The notes below the pieces were generated by a model. That model saw only the letters and a program-made list of their open reading frames with translations, did not search any database and was not told the origin of the DNA. Position numbers and translations under genes: made by a program. A stretch of 38,845 nt of DNA from Candidatus Heimdallarchaeota archaeon. GTDB taxonomy: Archaea > Asgardarchaeota > Wukongarchaeia > Wukongarchaeales > JBHIFL01. Of the stretch, positions 28,751 through 38,845 are shown in pieces (position 1 is the stretch's first letter; each line of letters begins with the position of its first letter). The stretch is taken from contig JBHIFL010000041.1 of assembly GCA_046761065.1 (NCBI GenBank), forward strand, positions 1 to 38,845. The letters run 5' to 3'.

Positions 28751-29863
28751 TTATGTAACAAAATATCCAAAGATGAGCCCGGCGCAGGTACACGCGATGG
28801 TAACTAGTATCACATAGGTGACGTTCTTTCGATCACCCATAATCTTTCGCGTGACGAGGATGCTTTGGAGGGAAAGCTCGGGATCCGCCAGCAGGTAGGC
28901 CAGTAACGGACCTTTGGCCATTCCCAGATCCAAAAACATTCGAGCTATGGGGACTTCGACTAAGGTCGGGAAATACATGAACACCCCGAACAACACGCCA
29001 AACAGATTGGCGGCGAGTGTGTTCTCTCCGAGATATTGCCCGACCAACTCTTCTGGGATGAGGACCTTAGCAACCCCAACCCCAAAAATACCTACGAGAA
29101 GAAGGGGAAAGATCAGTTTGACAAAAAACTTGGTCTCGCGCAGCCAATTATCGACCTCTCGTTTTGAAAACCAGCGTACCAGCACAATTCCCAGTACAAT
29201 AAGATCTCCAATTAATAAGGGGGCTTTCCAACTTTGAGGAATCGGGGCTGTTCCGATTAAGAGTACAAGGACTAAAAACACAAAGAAAAAGCCGACACGA
29301 TGGGCGTCCGCCCAGGAGCGCTCATCCACCTGTCGGATGATTGACTGGCCAATAGCTGCCGTTTGACCTTCTGTAGGGTTTCCCGACAGTTCTCCCGGGG
29401 TTCCCCCGGGGTTCCCTTGAGGGGCATTATTTGGTACCTTCATCGTGTCCCTAAATAGGAGCGTCATCATCATGCCAATCCCAATTGCAAACACAATCGA
29501 GAGCACTGCTCTCGCGATCGCGATATCCATGCCAATGAGCGTCCCGGTGTATGTGAGTGCTAAGATATTAACTGCTGGACCGGCAAAGAGAAACGTGACC
29601 GCAGGACCAAGGCCTGCCCCTTTCTTCCAAATGCCAGCAAAGAGAGGTAAGATTGTACAGGAACAGACCGCAATGAGGAGGCCTGCTACCGCGGCGAAAG
29701 GATAAGAAATGTATTTCTTCGTCTTACTCCCGATATATTTGGTTACAGATTCTTTATCCACAAATGCGTTCAATGCCCCTGCTATGAAGAAAGCTGGGAC
29801 CAGACACAGCAAGACATGAGCGGCAAGATAGTCTAAGAGGGTGTATACGCCACCCATGAGCAT
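28751..29863 (-). CDS. ArsP/DUF318-family permease
   Basis: HVLLCLVPAFFIAG, AVCSCTILPLF, FLFAGPAVN, MYFPTLVEVP, LLADPELSL. Confidence 0.9.
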   Translation of the reverse strand: MLMGGVYTLLDYLAAHVLLCLVPAFFIAGALNAFVDKESVTKYIGSKTKKYISYPFAAVAGLLIAVCSCTILPLFAGIWKKGAGLGPAVTFLFAGPAVNILALTYTGTLIGMDIAIARAVLSIVFAIGIGMMMTLLFRDTMKVPNNAPQGNPGGTPGELSGNPTEGQTAAIGQSIIRQVDERSWADAHRVGFFFVFLVLVLLIGTAPIPQSWKAPLLIGDLIVLGIVLVRWFSKREVDNWLRETKFFVKLIFPLLLVGIFGVGVAKVLIPEELVGQYLGENTLAANLFGVLFGVFMYFPTLVEVPIARMFLDLGMAKGPLLAYLLADPELSLQSILVTRKIMGDRKNVTYVILVTIACTCAGLIFGYFVT

Positions 29864-29932
29864 ATCATAAAGGATATTGCTTGCATTGATTTGCCACCAA
29901 AGGATAGTTTTAGAGGGGATTTATTCCCTAGT

Positions 29933-30026
29933 ATTTCAGAATATTTTGAAATAATATAAAGGTTACCATTTCAACAAAAGTTGAAATCTCAAAGTTTAAA
30001 ACGAGAGCTCCAATAAAAATTGAAAT
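29933..30026. promoter_or_regulatory. Probable ArsR operator array
   Basis: Palindromes at 29933-29952 and 29968-29987 (ATTTCAACAAAAGTTGAAAT), and a weaker one at 30007-30026, between the divergent permease and arsR genes. Confidence 0.7.
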
Positions 30027-30038
30027 GAGGGTAATAAC

Positions 30039-30398
30039 ATGCCACAAGCTGAAATCTCACTATCCATTCCCGAGAACCTACAACAGGAGATCCAGTCCAA
30101 GGGAGGTTTAGAGAAAATTCTCATGAATGTCCCTAGCCTAGAGCAGATCGAACAGGAAAGTCGGACCTTTAAAGCTCTTGCAGATCCCTTACGACTTCAA
30201 ATCCTGCACATTCTACGACAACAGGCAATGTGCGTTTGCTTAATTAAAGAAATTACGGGAGAGGCCGATTCAAAACTGTCCTATCATTTCTCGGTGTTAA
30301 AAGATGCGAACCTCATTCGGGGCGAGTACGAAAAGAATTGGATCATCTATCGCCTCACCAATCTCGGGGAAAAGGTTCTGGAACCTTGGTCGGAGTAA
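30039..30398 (+). CDS. ArsR/SmtB-family regulator
   Basis: FKALADPLRLQIL, MCVCLI, DSKLSYH, NWIIYRLT. Confidence 0.92.
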   Translation: MPQAEISLSIPENLQQEIQSKGGLEKILMNVPSLEQIEQESRTFKALADPLRLQILHILRQQAMCVCLIKEITGEADSKLSYHFSVLKDANLIRGEYEKNWIIYRLTNLGEKVLEPWSE

Positions 30399-30793
30399 AT
30401 ACATCCCAAATGCGTCTTCGGAGCAGATTCCCTCATTAATGAAGGGGTATTGACTAATTATACAAGTGCCAAACATCTGGTCCAGCAGTAATCTGAGTAC
30501 AGGATCCCTGATCACCCAGATTTCCTTAATTCTCTCCTCTAGCATTGCAGAATGGCTACTTACTTAAAATCATTTAGGAAAAGTTTTTTTAACCCTTATC
30601 TATACCGGATATCGAGTCTTAATTGACCTTGGCAGTGTGAATGACATGATCGCAGAAGTTGGAGGGATCCACCTCAATAAATGGTTGTTAATGAATTTTC
30701 CTTCCATCTTGAGGAATCTACACAATTTTTTCGCATCGCTAGCTTCTAAAGCATCATTGGTAAGGATGACTAAAATTGAACTATGTCTCTAGG

Positions 30794-31843
30794 CTATGAG
30801 GGAATTATATTAGCTTGCATGATTGCTGCGACGAAGTCTTGTGGACTTACTCTAGGGGTAGTTATATTTTGGTGGTAGAATTCGTCTACTATTTGTTTTA
30901 CAGTTTGGGCGGTATATGGCACGCCTGTGAGCATCTTTTCTAGGATTTCTAATGCTTCAGAGGGCTTTATGAAGAAGTCTCCGCTTATGTTTATCTGCTT
31001 GATTGTATTGTGGGAGATAGTGAGGGCTACGCGGATTAGTCCGCCTGGTGCTTTATATACGGTGTGGTGTTCGAATTCGTGGCGTGTCCCGAAAATCCAT
31101 TCGGGAGAACTGTACTTTTTGTAGAGGACTCTGGCTATTTTCCATTCCTCGGGGGTAAGGGTTGAGTCCTCGAACTCGACTCCAAGGGCTTCTTCGTAAC
31201 CCTTCTGTATCGCTTCCCGTACAATACTCATCGGGACTGTTCTTGTGAGTTCCCTGTTTATGGTGGTTACTCTGTCTCTAACAGTGGTTGCATCCTTGTC
31301 CTTGAGTTTTTCACTAGGTATAATCAAGGCATTTTCCAAATTATCGAGATTTAGATCCATCAGCAGAGTGCCATGATGGAGGAGCACATTGTAAAGCTCA
31401 TACTGGGCATTTCCAGAAATCTTTCGCATCCCTACGATCACATCATTAACGGGTTTGAACTCTGCCTGAACCCCTAACGATTTTAAGGCGAGAATTAATC
31501 CTCTACACAGGAATGAATAGGACTCTACAGGGTCTTTGAAGGTTTTGAACCTGTTAGTATCAATGTAGAGGGAATAGTTTAAGTTTCCAGAATCTTGATA
31601 CACTGTCCCGCCTGCTGACATTCTCCTGACGATTCTTATTTCCTTCATTTGACAGTACTCGATATTGACTTTCTGTTCCGGTCGTTGGAAACATCCAATA
31701 CTCACGATAGGAGGGTGTTGCCATACCCTGAGGGCGTTAGGGGAGTTAAATTCAAGTATGCTTCGTATCAGAGCCTCTTCAATCGCTAAATTCATGTAAG
31801 GGTCATAATCACTGTAGGTGAAAAAACGCCAAAGGTCTTTCAA
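30794..31843 (-). CDS. Lipoate-protein ligase A family (catalytic plus C-terminal domain)
   Basis: NLAIEEA, VRRMSAGGTVYQD, NDV, RKISGNAQ, HHGTLL, KAPGGLI, SGDFF. Confidence 0.9.
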   Translation of the reverse strand: MKDLWRFFTYSDYDPYMNLAIEEALIRSILEFNSPNALRVWQHPPIVSIGCFQRPEQKVNIEYCQMKEIRIVRRMSAGGTVYQDSGNLNYSLYIDTNRFKTFKDPVESYSFLCRGLILALKSLGVQAEFKPVNDVIVGMRKISGNAQYELYNVLLHHGTLLMDLNLDNLENALIIPSEKLKDKDATTVRDRVTTINRELTRTVPMSIVREAIQKGYEEALGVEFEDSTLTPEEWKIARVLYKKYSSPEWIFGTRHEFEHHTVYKAPGGLIRVALTISHNTIKQINISGDFFIKPSEALEILEKMLTGVPYTAQTVKQIVDEFYHQNITTPRVSPQDFVAAIMQANIIPS

Positions 31844-31857
31844 AGGCTACCCCCCTT

Positions 31858-32897
31858 TTATTTGATCCGCACAATTTCCTCCTTAATGCTTATTAAAAAA
31901 TCTCTAGGAGATGGAACGGTTCGGCCGTATTTCAGCTCACCATTTATTATTACAGCCGGAATCTGGGATTTTTTAACAGCTTCAATAAGCCCTTTTGAGA
32001 TAAACGCGCCCGGAGGTAAACCTTTTCCCTGCCTCCAGATTCTAAGTTCGATTTTTTCTTCATCTCCAGACGCTCTTATTGCCTCTTTGAGGTTGGTTTC
32101 GAGTTGTAAACACATTCTAGTAGGTGGATAAGCAGTTAAGACCTCTATGAGGAGTTTCCCATATGCCATCGGGGGAAAAGACTCCAGGTTCCATTTCGGA
32201 GATTTGTACTTTGTCCTCAAAACACGGGTGAGAGTATGTTCTTCTAGCTCTGTTAAGCTTCCTTCCACAAGGTCGACCCCAAATTTTTCTCTGATTTTTT
32301 GTAAAGCTGTTTCGAAAAACTCATTGGCCAATATTTTTCGTGACGAAGCTTGTACGAGGCTGGTACCTTTTTAGGAAGAAGTCTGGAAGCATTCGCAAAC
32401 TCAACATCGATATCCATATAGAGGACACCCTGAAACACCAAGACATCATAGTACCAGAACTGGGAAACTTGGGAAATCACAGCATCTCCTGAAAAAAGAT
32501 AATCTATATAGTCATATCGGTAGCTGATTCCATATGTTTCAATGGTTTCAATTATAGGAGAGTAGACATAGTTGTATAGTTTTACGAGATCCTTTGGGAA
32601 AGTGGGATCAGTTGTGTCAAGGATAAATCCAAATAGTACTGAATTTTCATCCGCGTAGAATGGTGGCCCGGCCGAAACTCTTCTTATAATTTTGATATCC
32701 TTTTGTTTTAAAAAAGCAATCTAGTCCTGATCCAAACGTAGAATTCCTAAAACAATTGATGGAGGGCTTGTCCAAAAATGCACTGTGCTAGGAACATCTC
32801 CATTTTTAACATGGAGCATTATTGTTTCATCCAAAGCCCATCCCAGATCTGGTTCAACTTGATTTTGAATGAACAGCCTTAATTCCTTTATTCTCAT
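31858..32897 (-). pseudogene. Divergent lipoate-ligase-like protein fused to a thioredoxin-like domain; in-frame TAG and 1-nt frameshift
   Basis: WALDE...IVLG, TAG at 32721-32723, then IIRRVSAGPPFYAD...FQGVL in the same frame. Shift at an A5 run (~32368-32372) into KGTSLV...KYKSPKWN...PTRMC...IPAVIING. Confidence 0.72.
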
Positions 32898-33595
32898 CAC
32901 CATACTGGATAATACTTACATCCCTCTTTTCTGCAGGTTTCATTCAAGGAGGAGAACGGACACCCTACGAAGGTTGCTAGCAGTGTGATTCCCATGTTTT
33001 TTCTCAAGAAATTTATCGCAGTTTCAAGAGACGCGTAAACACTAGCTTCGCAACATCTAGGCCCTCCCAACTGGGATATTGAAATTAGTGACTTCCCACT
33101 AGCATCTAACGCCATTGCCCTTTCTGCATCCGACATGTAAGTCGCTTTTGTTAGAATGCTTATAGCAACCCCAACGCCAGCGCCCGCCCCGCAGATCCCA
33201 TAGGATCCACAAATACCATATGGGAGTCTGATACCCCTCTTAATCGCTCTCTTTATTACATTGTGAGGTAAATTATAACAGGTGTTTTTTATTGTGGATA
33301 GTAACACCGCGGGCACGAGGAAATGATGCACAGGGGAATGCATTGGAATTATGGGGTGTCTCATTAGAAGGATGGCTAGTTCATACGGATTTTGAAATTC
33401 ACTTCGTTCACACGTTGTCTTAATTAATTCCTCTGGAGAAGCTAATCGGCAATTCTCACAGACAAAATGAGCATCTGCACAAGCATAATCGGCAATGGAT
33501 CTCTCTTTACAATAGATGCACTCTAATTCTTGGGAAATAGGGTAAAGCTGTTTCCCACAAATAGTGCAGTAAAAAACCTCGTTGTCCAAGACCAA
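32897..33595 (-). CDS. DUF5714-like Cys-rich protein
   Basis: CTICG, CIYC, C...HFVCENC, MHSPVHHFLVP, GICGSYGICGAG, GGPRCC, terminal C...C...C. Confidence 0.8.
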   Translation of the reverse strand: MVLDNEVFYCTICGKQLYPISQELECIYCKERSIADYACADAHFVCENCRLASPEELIKTTCERSEFQNPYELAILLMRHPIIPMHSPVHHFLVPAVLLSTIKNTCYNLPHNVIKRAIKRGIRLPYGICGSYGICGAGAGVGVAISILTKATYMSDAERAMALDASGKSLISISQLGGPRCCEASVYASLETAINFLRKNMGITLLATFVGCPFSSLNETCRKEGCKYYPVW

Positions 33596-33708
33596 TTCCC
33601 CTATCTCACTTTATCAACCACATGGCACCTTTTACGAGGCTTACAGATCTCTTAATATGATTTTTCTGATTTAAGGACTTAATCCGCTCCAAGGATTTTT
33701 CATATGGA

Positions 33709-33763
33709 ATTTCAACCAAAATTGAAATATCTTAAAGATTCCTATTTCAACAAAAAATGAAAT
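33709..33763 (-). promoter_or_regulatory. Paired ATTTCAA-N6-TTGAAAT boxes flanking a TATA-like element
   Basis: Boxes at 33709-33728 and 33744-33763 with a 15-nt spacer; same architecture as 29933-29987. Confidence 0.7.
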
Positions 33764-33989
33764 TTCTCTAGTGTCCGGATAGGATTGGACAAATTCTGAG
33801 GGTTGAGAATCATTATAAAAGATGCAATCGGGAGTTGTGACCGGTTTAAATACGGGAATAACGCTTGAGTTGAGCTCAATCCTTTTAAAATTGGTTAAAC
33901 ATCAGCAACCAGAAGTATACGGCACGTGGAAACCCTTCCAATAGAATATATTTGATGGGTGCCTGAATCATGGGGCTGTTCCAGTTTTG

Positions 33990-35783
33990 CTACTCCTCTT
34001 CAACATCTGTTGGGGCAGAAACATATTTTTCCAAGGCCACCAGGATATCGGTTCTGGAGAGGATTCCGACAAATTCTGAATTCTTCTCCCGCTTCCGGGC
34101 CAGGACAGGTAGGCTATTAACGCCATAGAGGATCAATTTGTCTAGTGCGTCATGTAATGTCTCGTCGGCGTAGGTCACTATCACCCCACTTTCTTTAATC
34201 ATGTAGTCTTCAATGGACTTGGACTCAGGGGTCGGGTCTTTTTCAATAGCATTCATCATTTGAGTGAGAGTTATAAGTCCTAAGAGATGGTTGTTCTCTT
34301 GATCGAGAACCGGATACCTCTTGTACACATATTTCCCACTTGCATAACACGTTTTGATATGCTCGGTGGTATCATTTGGGTGAAAATAGAGGGTTTCTTC
34401 TTTCTTCCTCATTGCTTCTTCGACTTTTACTATATCCAGTGCATCTTGATGCTGTGGATGATGGAGAAGATCGATTCCTCGACGAAGGAGTTTCAAGGTG
34501 TAAATGTTGTCACCCGAAAGCGCAGCTGAAACCAGGTAGGATAGGGATACTGCACCCATAAGGGGGAGAATCATCAAGTAATCTCCTGTCAACTCCATGG
34601 TCATGAAAATCACAGTTAATGGGGCTCGAGCTGCTCCAGCAAACAGGGCTGCCATCGCAACAACAGCATAGGCGCCAGAGTGGGTCCCGGGGAACAAAAT
34701 AGTCACAAAATGCCCATAAGCTGCTCCTAACATGGCCCCAATGAACAGGCTAGGAGCAAACACTCCCCCACTCCCCCCACTCCCAATCGTGCATGCGGTC
34801 GCTATCAGCTTGAAAATGCATAACAAGAGTAAGGTCTCCACGAGCATGTTAGAAGTGATCGCTTGTTCGATGGTTTCGTATCCGACTCCTTGCACCTCTG
34901 GAAAGCCCATTAAAGCGATCAATCCCACAAAAAACCCGCCTAAAGCCGGTTTTAGCGCATTCCGTAACGGGAGCTTTTCGAAAAGATCTTCGATCATATA
35001 GAAAGAGTGTATCCACCCAACGGAGACAAGCCCACATATAAGACCGAGCAAGAGATAGAAGAGTAACTCGATCGGTTGACCCAGCCGGTAGGCAGGGACC
35101 ACGAATGCTGGCTTATCGCCAAGGAAATGTGTAGATACAATCATCCCGGTGACGACTGCTAAGCAAAGGGGAATGAACGCGCGTGAAGTGAGTCTTCCGA
35201 AGAGGATGAGTTCTATCCCAAACAAGAGCCCACCTAATGGGGCATTAAAAGTCGCAGCGATCCCTGCAGCTACTCCCGCCACGACCAGCGTACGCAATTC
35301 TCGTTCATTTAGGTGCATTTTGACTCCGAGGATGGAGCCAAAGCCAGCTCCAATCTGGGCGATGGGTCCTTCTCGTCCACAAGAGCCTCCACTCCCGATG
35401 TTGATGCCTGACGCAATAACTTTAGCAAACGGTACCCGGGGGCGGATGACTCCATGTCCTCGCGTCACTGCCTCCATGATCTCCGGTACCCCATGTCCCT
35501 TCGTCTCCCACGCTACGCGGGAGGTGATTTGCCCTATGAGGAGTCCTCCTAGGATGGGCGCGATAAAAACCACTATGGATGTTGAAAGTATTTGTGTGGG
35601 GATTCCAAAAAAGAGTTGATTATTCAGCTGAATTATAAACCGAAATACCACCGCCCCTATGCCTCCAAACAGGCCTGTAATGATGGCAAGCCCTACGATA
35701 TGCATTAGTTTTGCTTGTCTAAACATTTGAAGAGCATATTGGAGTCCTTTGTGGGTTTTTTTATGTAACTCAATGGTCCTCAT
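33990..35783 (-). CDS. ClC-family chloride channel/transporter with CBS domains
   Basis: GHGVPE, GGSCGREGP, FNAPLGG, GGVFAPSLF, EAM...YPV, GILSRTDIL. Confidence 0.93.
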   Translation of the reverse strand: MRTIELHKKTHKGLQYALQMFRQAKLMHIVGLAIITGLFGGIGAVVFRFIIQLNNQLFFGIPTQILSTSIVVFIAPILGGLLIGQITSRVAWETKGHGVPEIMEAVTRGHGVIRPRVPFAKVIASGINIGSGGSCGREGPIAQIGAGFGSILGVKMHLNERELRTLVVAGVAAGIAATFNAPLGGLLFGIELILFGRLTSRAFIPLCLAVVTGMIVSTHFLGDKPAFVVPAYRLGQPIELLFYLLLGLICGLVSVGWIHSFYMIEDLFEKLPLRNALKPALGGFFVGLIALMGFPEVQGVGYETIEQAITSNMLVETLLLLCIFKLIATACTIGSGGSGGVFAPSLFIGAMLGAAYGHFVTILFPGTHSGAYAVVAMAALFAGAARAPLTVIFMTMELTGDYLMILPLMGAVSLSYLVSAALSGDNIYTLKLLRRGIDLLHHPQHQDALDIVKVEEAMRKKEETLYFHPNDTTEHIKTCYASGKYVYKRYPVLDQENNHLLGLITLTQMMNAIEKDPTPESKSIEDYMIKESGVIVTYADETLHDALDKLILYGVNSLPVLARKREKNSEFVGILSRTDILVALEKYVSAPTDVEEE

Positions 35784-36154
35784 CTTTCCTACATCCTTAT
35801 CTTTAATTTGAATTTATTTACATTATTAATCGCATTTCTTGTTCTTATGCGAATTCGGATTTATTTTTTCTTAGAAATGGCAAGAATGGTGCAAATAAGG
35901 TCTTATTTGTTCCTAAACTCCCCTATGACGATTCCGTATAAAAGAATCAATATTAATAAAAAAAGTTTTTGAAAAAATTTTAAACTTTTTCAACAAGGAA
36001 AAAAACATATAGGTATATCCCATGATATAGCCAAACAAACCAAAGGATAGTTATGATTAAAATGTATTTTTGAGGTTTGTATAAATTAACTCTTTATTTA
36101 ATCGAAAAAGACCTTTGGATTAACTTGCAACCATAACAGTGGGATTGAAGGATC

Positions 36155-36598
36155 ATGCAAGATCTCACAACTCCCCAATTTAGATATGCTTTCAAAGTCT
36201 TCCGGAAATTCCCTGTTGAAAACCTACAGGATGATATACGATGGATTTGCCATGCGCTTGATCTGATCCACCCACGGGATAAAGATGAAACCGTAATTCG
36301 CGTGTTTAAAACGATTATAGAAAGCGCGAGGGAAGGACGGGGACTCACGACAACTGAAATTGCTGAAAAACTGGGATACACGCGTGGAACAATTCTTAAT
36401 CACCTCAAACGCCTCGTCCAAAATGGGTTAGTCATTCAAAGGCATTCACTCTACGAACTTCGTGAACATTCCCTATTCCATACGATCCAACGGATTAAGG
36501 AGGATGTGATTCGCTTTGTTGAGGATCTCTTACATGTCTCAGAGTTTATTGATCGGTCTTATGAGCTCCAAACTCGAAAAAAACTTGATTCATTCTAA
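36155..36598 (+). CDS. Winged-helix transcriptional regulator
   Basis: GLTTTEIAEKLGYTRGTILNHLKRLVQNGLV. Confidence 0.82.
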   Translation: MQDLTTPQFRYAFKVFRKFPVENLQDDIRWICHALDLIHPRDKDETVIRVFKTIIESAREGRGLTTTEIAEKLGYTRGTILNHLKRLVQNGLVIQRHSLYELREHSLFHTIQRIKEDVIRFVEDLLHVSEFIDRSYELQTRKKLDSF

Positions 36599-36685
36599 AG
36601 TGGATTTTGAAAATGGGAGTATTTAAGTTGAAGGCTTGCTTCTTGGTAGTTACTCAATAATCAGAAATAGTATCTCTATCAGGTA

Positions 36686-36910
36686 GTGAATAATGTGACA
36701 TTTTCTCCAGATAATATGAAACTTTCAGACAATGACAAAGCAATGGTACTACACCAGCAAATTCTTGACTTTTTTAATGAGTGGAAGGCAGAGTTTGAAG
36801 GTATCACTACATTTTCAGAACTCAATAAGTTCTGGTGGGATCTGATTAAACGCTCAGAGCATCTCTCAAGCCTTGTTCGTCAGGAGATCCAGTTCCTCAA
36901 AGAGGGGTAG
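36686..36910 (+). CDS. Hypothetical helical protein
   Basis: Open frame with protein-like composition downstream of the regulator; no recognised motif. Confidence 0.45.
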   Translation: MNNVTFSPDNMKLSDNDKAMVLHQQILDFFNEWKAEFEGITTFSELNKFWWDLIKRSEHLSSLVRQEIQFLKEG

Positions 36911-37405
36911 GATCCCAAGGTTATTTCGTTTGTATTGCATCTGGCTTATCAAACTATGTTATCCACTGATTAGCCTCTTATCTTGTCCAAATAACTGGTA
37001 TGGGGGATTAGATTCCGTCCCTTGCATAAGAGGAGTTACGGAGTCTCCATTTAACCCTGGTATATAATTTCAAACAAGATCAATGTTAAAAGATTTTAAT
37101 GTGTGCTGTTAGTTTTCCTGATTACAGATTTCATCAAATAACTGCTGAAAACGTACAGAAACATTCAATTCAAATGCTTCAAAAGATGGAGTTTTGGACC
37201 ATCCATCTACACATACCTTTCCATTCAATATACCTCTCTTAAATTATCCCTAAAATGTTTTCATTTGGATTTATCATAAATCCAATAAGAAATCAACATC
37301 TGATTTCTGCTAAGCAATATAGTTCCCCAAAGAAAGGTTTCAAAACCAGATTTGAGATGTGTTTTATCTCGTTACGGGGCTTTTATTAATCAAGGAGCGA
37401 AGCCC

Positions 37406-38194
37406 ATGACCAAACTAGTAGAACTCATGGAAGAATTAAAACGCCAATTCCCATTCATTCTCTCCATACCTAAGGGGACCCATAAAGCTCATTTTGTGGA
37501 TTTTGAAACACTTGACCGAATCGAAGTTAAATCTTGCTTCACAGCAGTTGAACTGAGCAAAGATGTTTTGAGCCGGGGTATTGCAGAGAAAGTCGATCTT
37601 TTTGTAACCCATCATGATTTGTTTTCTTCACACTCCAATCAAATGATTCATGGGTTGCGACGTCAGATGATTCGGGCTCTCCAATCTCATGGCATTGTAG
37701 TTTACGCCTTGGAGGATAGTATCCTTGGAGCGGAAAATGGTCTAAGCGAAGCATTGGTATCCGAACTTGGTTTAGCGGAGTATATCATCAAGAATTTTAA
37801 CCTTGAGAACAACCCCGTGGGCAGAATTGCTCAATTGCCAAATCTCCCCACCCAAAATATGGTTGAAAAGGCTCGAAAAGTCATGAAAACCCCTCAGATT
37901 CGATTGGTTAGGGGAAGAAAAAGCACCCTCGAAAAGACCCTCATCGTGGCTGGGACCTTGGAGATTGAAAACCTCAAAAAGGCGCTCCCAGAGCGAATTG
38001 ACAGTGTTGTGACTGGAGACTTCGGTTATGAAGTAGCTCGTCTGGCTGTTGAAGAAAATGTATTCCTCTTTGGGGTCGGCCACATCTGCTCTGAGGCTCC
38101 TGGGATGCGCAACCTCGCCATGGATCTGGCCATTAAGTATAGAGATGTAAAAATCGATTTTATGCCTAGCCCGGGGCTGATTGGCAGTGGATGA
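37406..38194 (+). CDS. Nif3-like dinuclear metal centre protein (divergent)
   Basis: DLFVTHH, VGRI, VVTGD, GVGHICSE.PGM. AAGGAG lies upstream of ATG 37406. Confidence 0.8.
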   Translation: MTKLVELMEELKRQFPFILSIPKGTHKAHFVDFETLDRIEVKSCFTAVELSKDVLSRGIAEKVDLFVTHHDLFSSHSNQMIHGLRRQMIRALQSHGIVVYALEDSILGAENGLSEALVSELGLAEYIIKNFNLENNPVGRIAQLPNLPTQNMVEKARKVMKTPQIRLVRGRKSTLEKTLIVAGTLEIENLKKALPERIDSVVTGDFGYEVARLAVEENVFLFGVGHICSEAPGMRNLAMDLAIKYRDVKIDFMPSPGLIGSG

Positions 38195-38210
38195 ATTGGC
38201 CCCTTCGCGA

Positions 38211-38845
38211 TTACAGGTGTTGTATTAGTTCTTCGAGTAGGGGTTCTCGGTTCACAAATTCTAACTTTTTGATCGCTTCCCATAACGGTTTGCATGCACA
38301 ATTCAGATCCAAAAACGATTGTTGATTTTGAGTTAGTGAGAATGTGCGTATTGCATGCAGCACACGTTTATCACAACGACCACAGTTATGGGGCCCCCGA
38401 CTCTTGCCTCCTGCAACAGGGTGACATATCACATGATTTTGAGCGGGAAGTTGTTCTCGTATTTTTATAAGAGTTTCAACGACCGACCACAACCAAGGGG
38501 GGCGATAATTTTTCTGTCTCCAGAGGATCTCAAGGAGTGTGCCTTTGTGAACAACAACAGGGTTAATAGAGACTGTTGTAGCCCCATCCCGTACTGCAGC
38601 AAGCGCGGAGGAGATCGTGTCAGCTATCGCTTCTTTTTCAGTAAGAAAGAGGGGTTTAAGCAGAAGGTAGACCCGCAAAGTGCAGCCATGGGCTCGGATC
38701 GCTGTTGCAGCTTGGAGATAGTCTTGATATTGAAACCCTTTGTGCATACACGTTTCCCGAATGTGATCATTGCTCGTTTCAAGTCCAATAGCTACTTCTA
38801 GGGATTTCTCTCCAAGATTCTGCTTAGCTCCCTTAATAACTTCCG
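38211..38845 (-). CDS. Archaeosine-biosynthesis radical SAM protein RaSEA-like (5' part outside the window)
   Basis: EVAIGLETSND, KGF, YLLLKPLFLTEKEAI, SINP, YRPPWLWS, RGPHNCGRCD. The frame is open to the window edge. Confidence 0.88.
   Translation of the reverse strand, partial: EVIKGAKQNLGEKSLEVAIGLETSNDHIRETCMHKGFQYQDYLQAATAIRAHGCTLRVYLLLKPLFLTEKEAIADTISSALAAVRDGATTVSINPVVVHKGTLLEILWRQKNYRPPWLWSVVETLIKIREQLPAQNHVICHPVAGGKSRGPHNCGRCDKRVLHAIRTFSLTQNQQSFLDLNCACKPLWEAIKKLEFVNREPLLEELIQHL

Noticed and set aside
1-38845. CRISPR array, rRNA, integrase or viral genes
   Set aside because: No regularly spaced repeats or matching signatures seen.

Overview
Archaeal chromosomal window, most likely from an Asgard archaeon. 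Support: a ribophorin I (OST1) homolog, archaeal-type ThrRS, PGK, Lhr and RaSEA, and intron-containing tRNAs. Core genes (lhr, pgk, tRNA-Thr, trm112, tRNA-Gln, ferredoxin, ribophorin I, MoaD/SAMP, thrS, nif3, RaSEA) are interleaved with accessory blocks. These are a decayed 3-gene block next to tRNA-Gln, an ABC exporter with a wHTH gene, a PadR-BtrH-UvrA-like operon, and a ~9 kb ArsR/Acr3 metalloid-stress cluster that includes lipoate ligases. The main finding is absent from the ORF track: a trm112 gene (5289-5594, minus) interrupted by a 36-nt intron with a canonical bulge-helix-bulge (BHB) motif. Its removal restores an intact 89-aa protein, i.e. a candidate tRNA-endonuclease-spliced mRNA intron. 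It lies beside a two-intron tRNA-Thr whose second BHB needs the last base of the first intron. Other findings: a 38-aa OST4-like ORF, an IS200/IS605-type right end supplying the lhr stop codon, a shared palindromic operator linking the lipoate-ligase operon to the ArsR cluster, and a duplicated promoter plus N-terminus. All calls are by eye; no searches were run.
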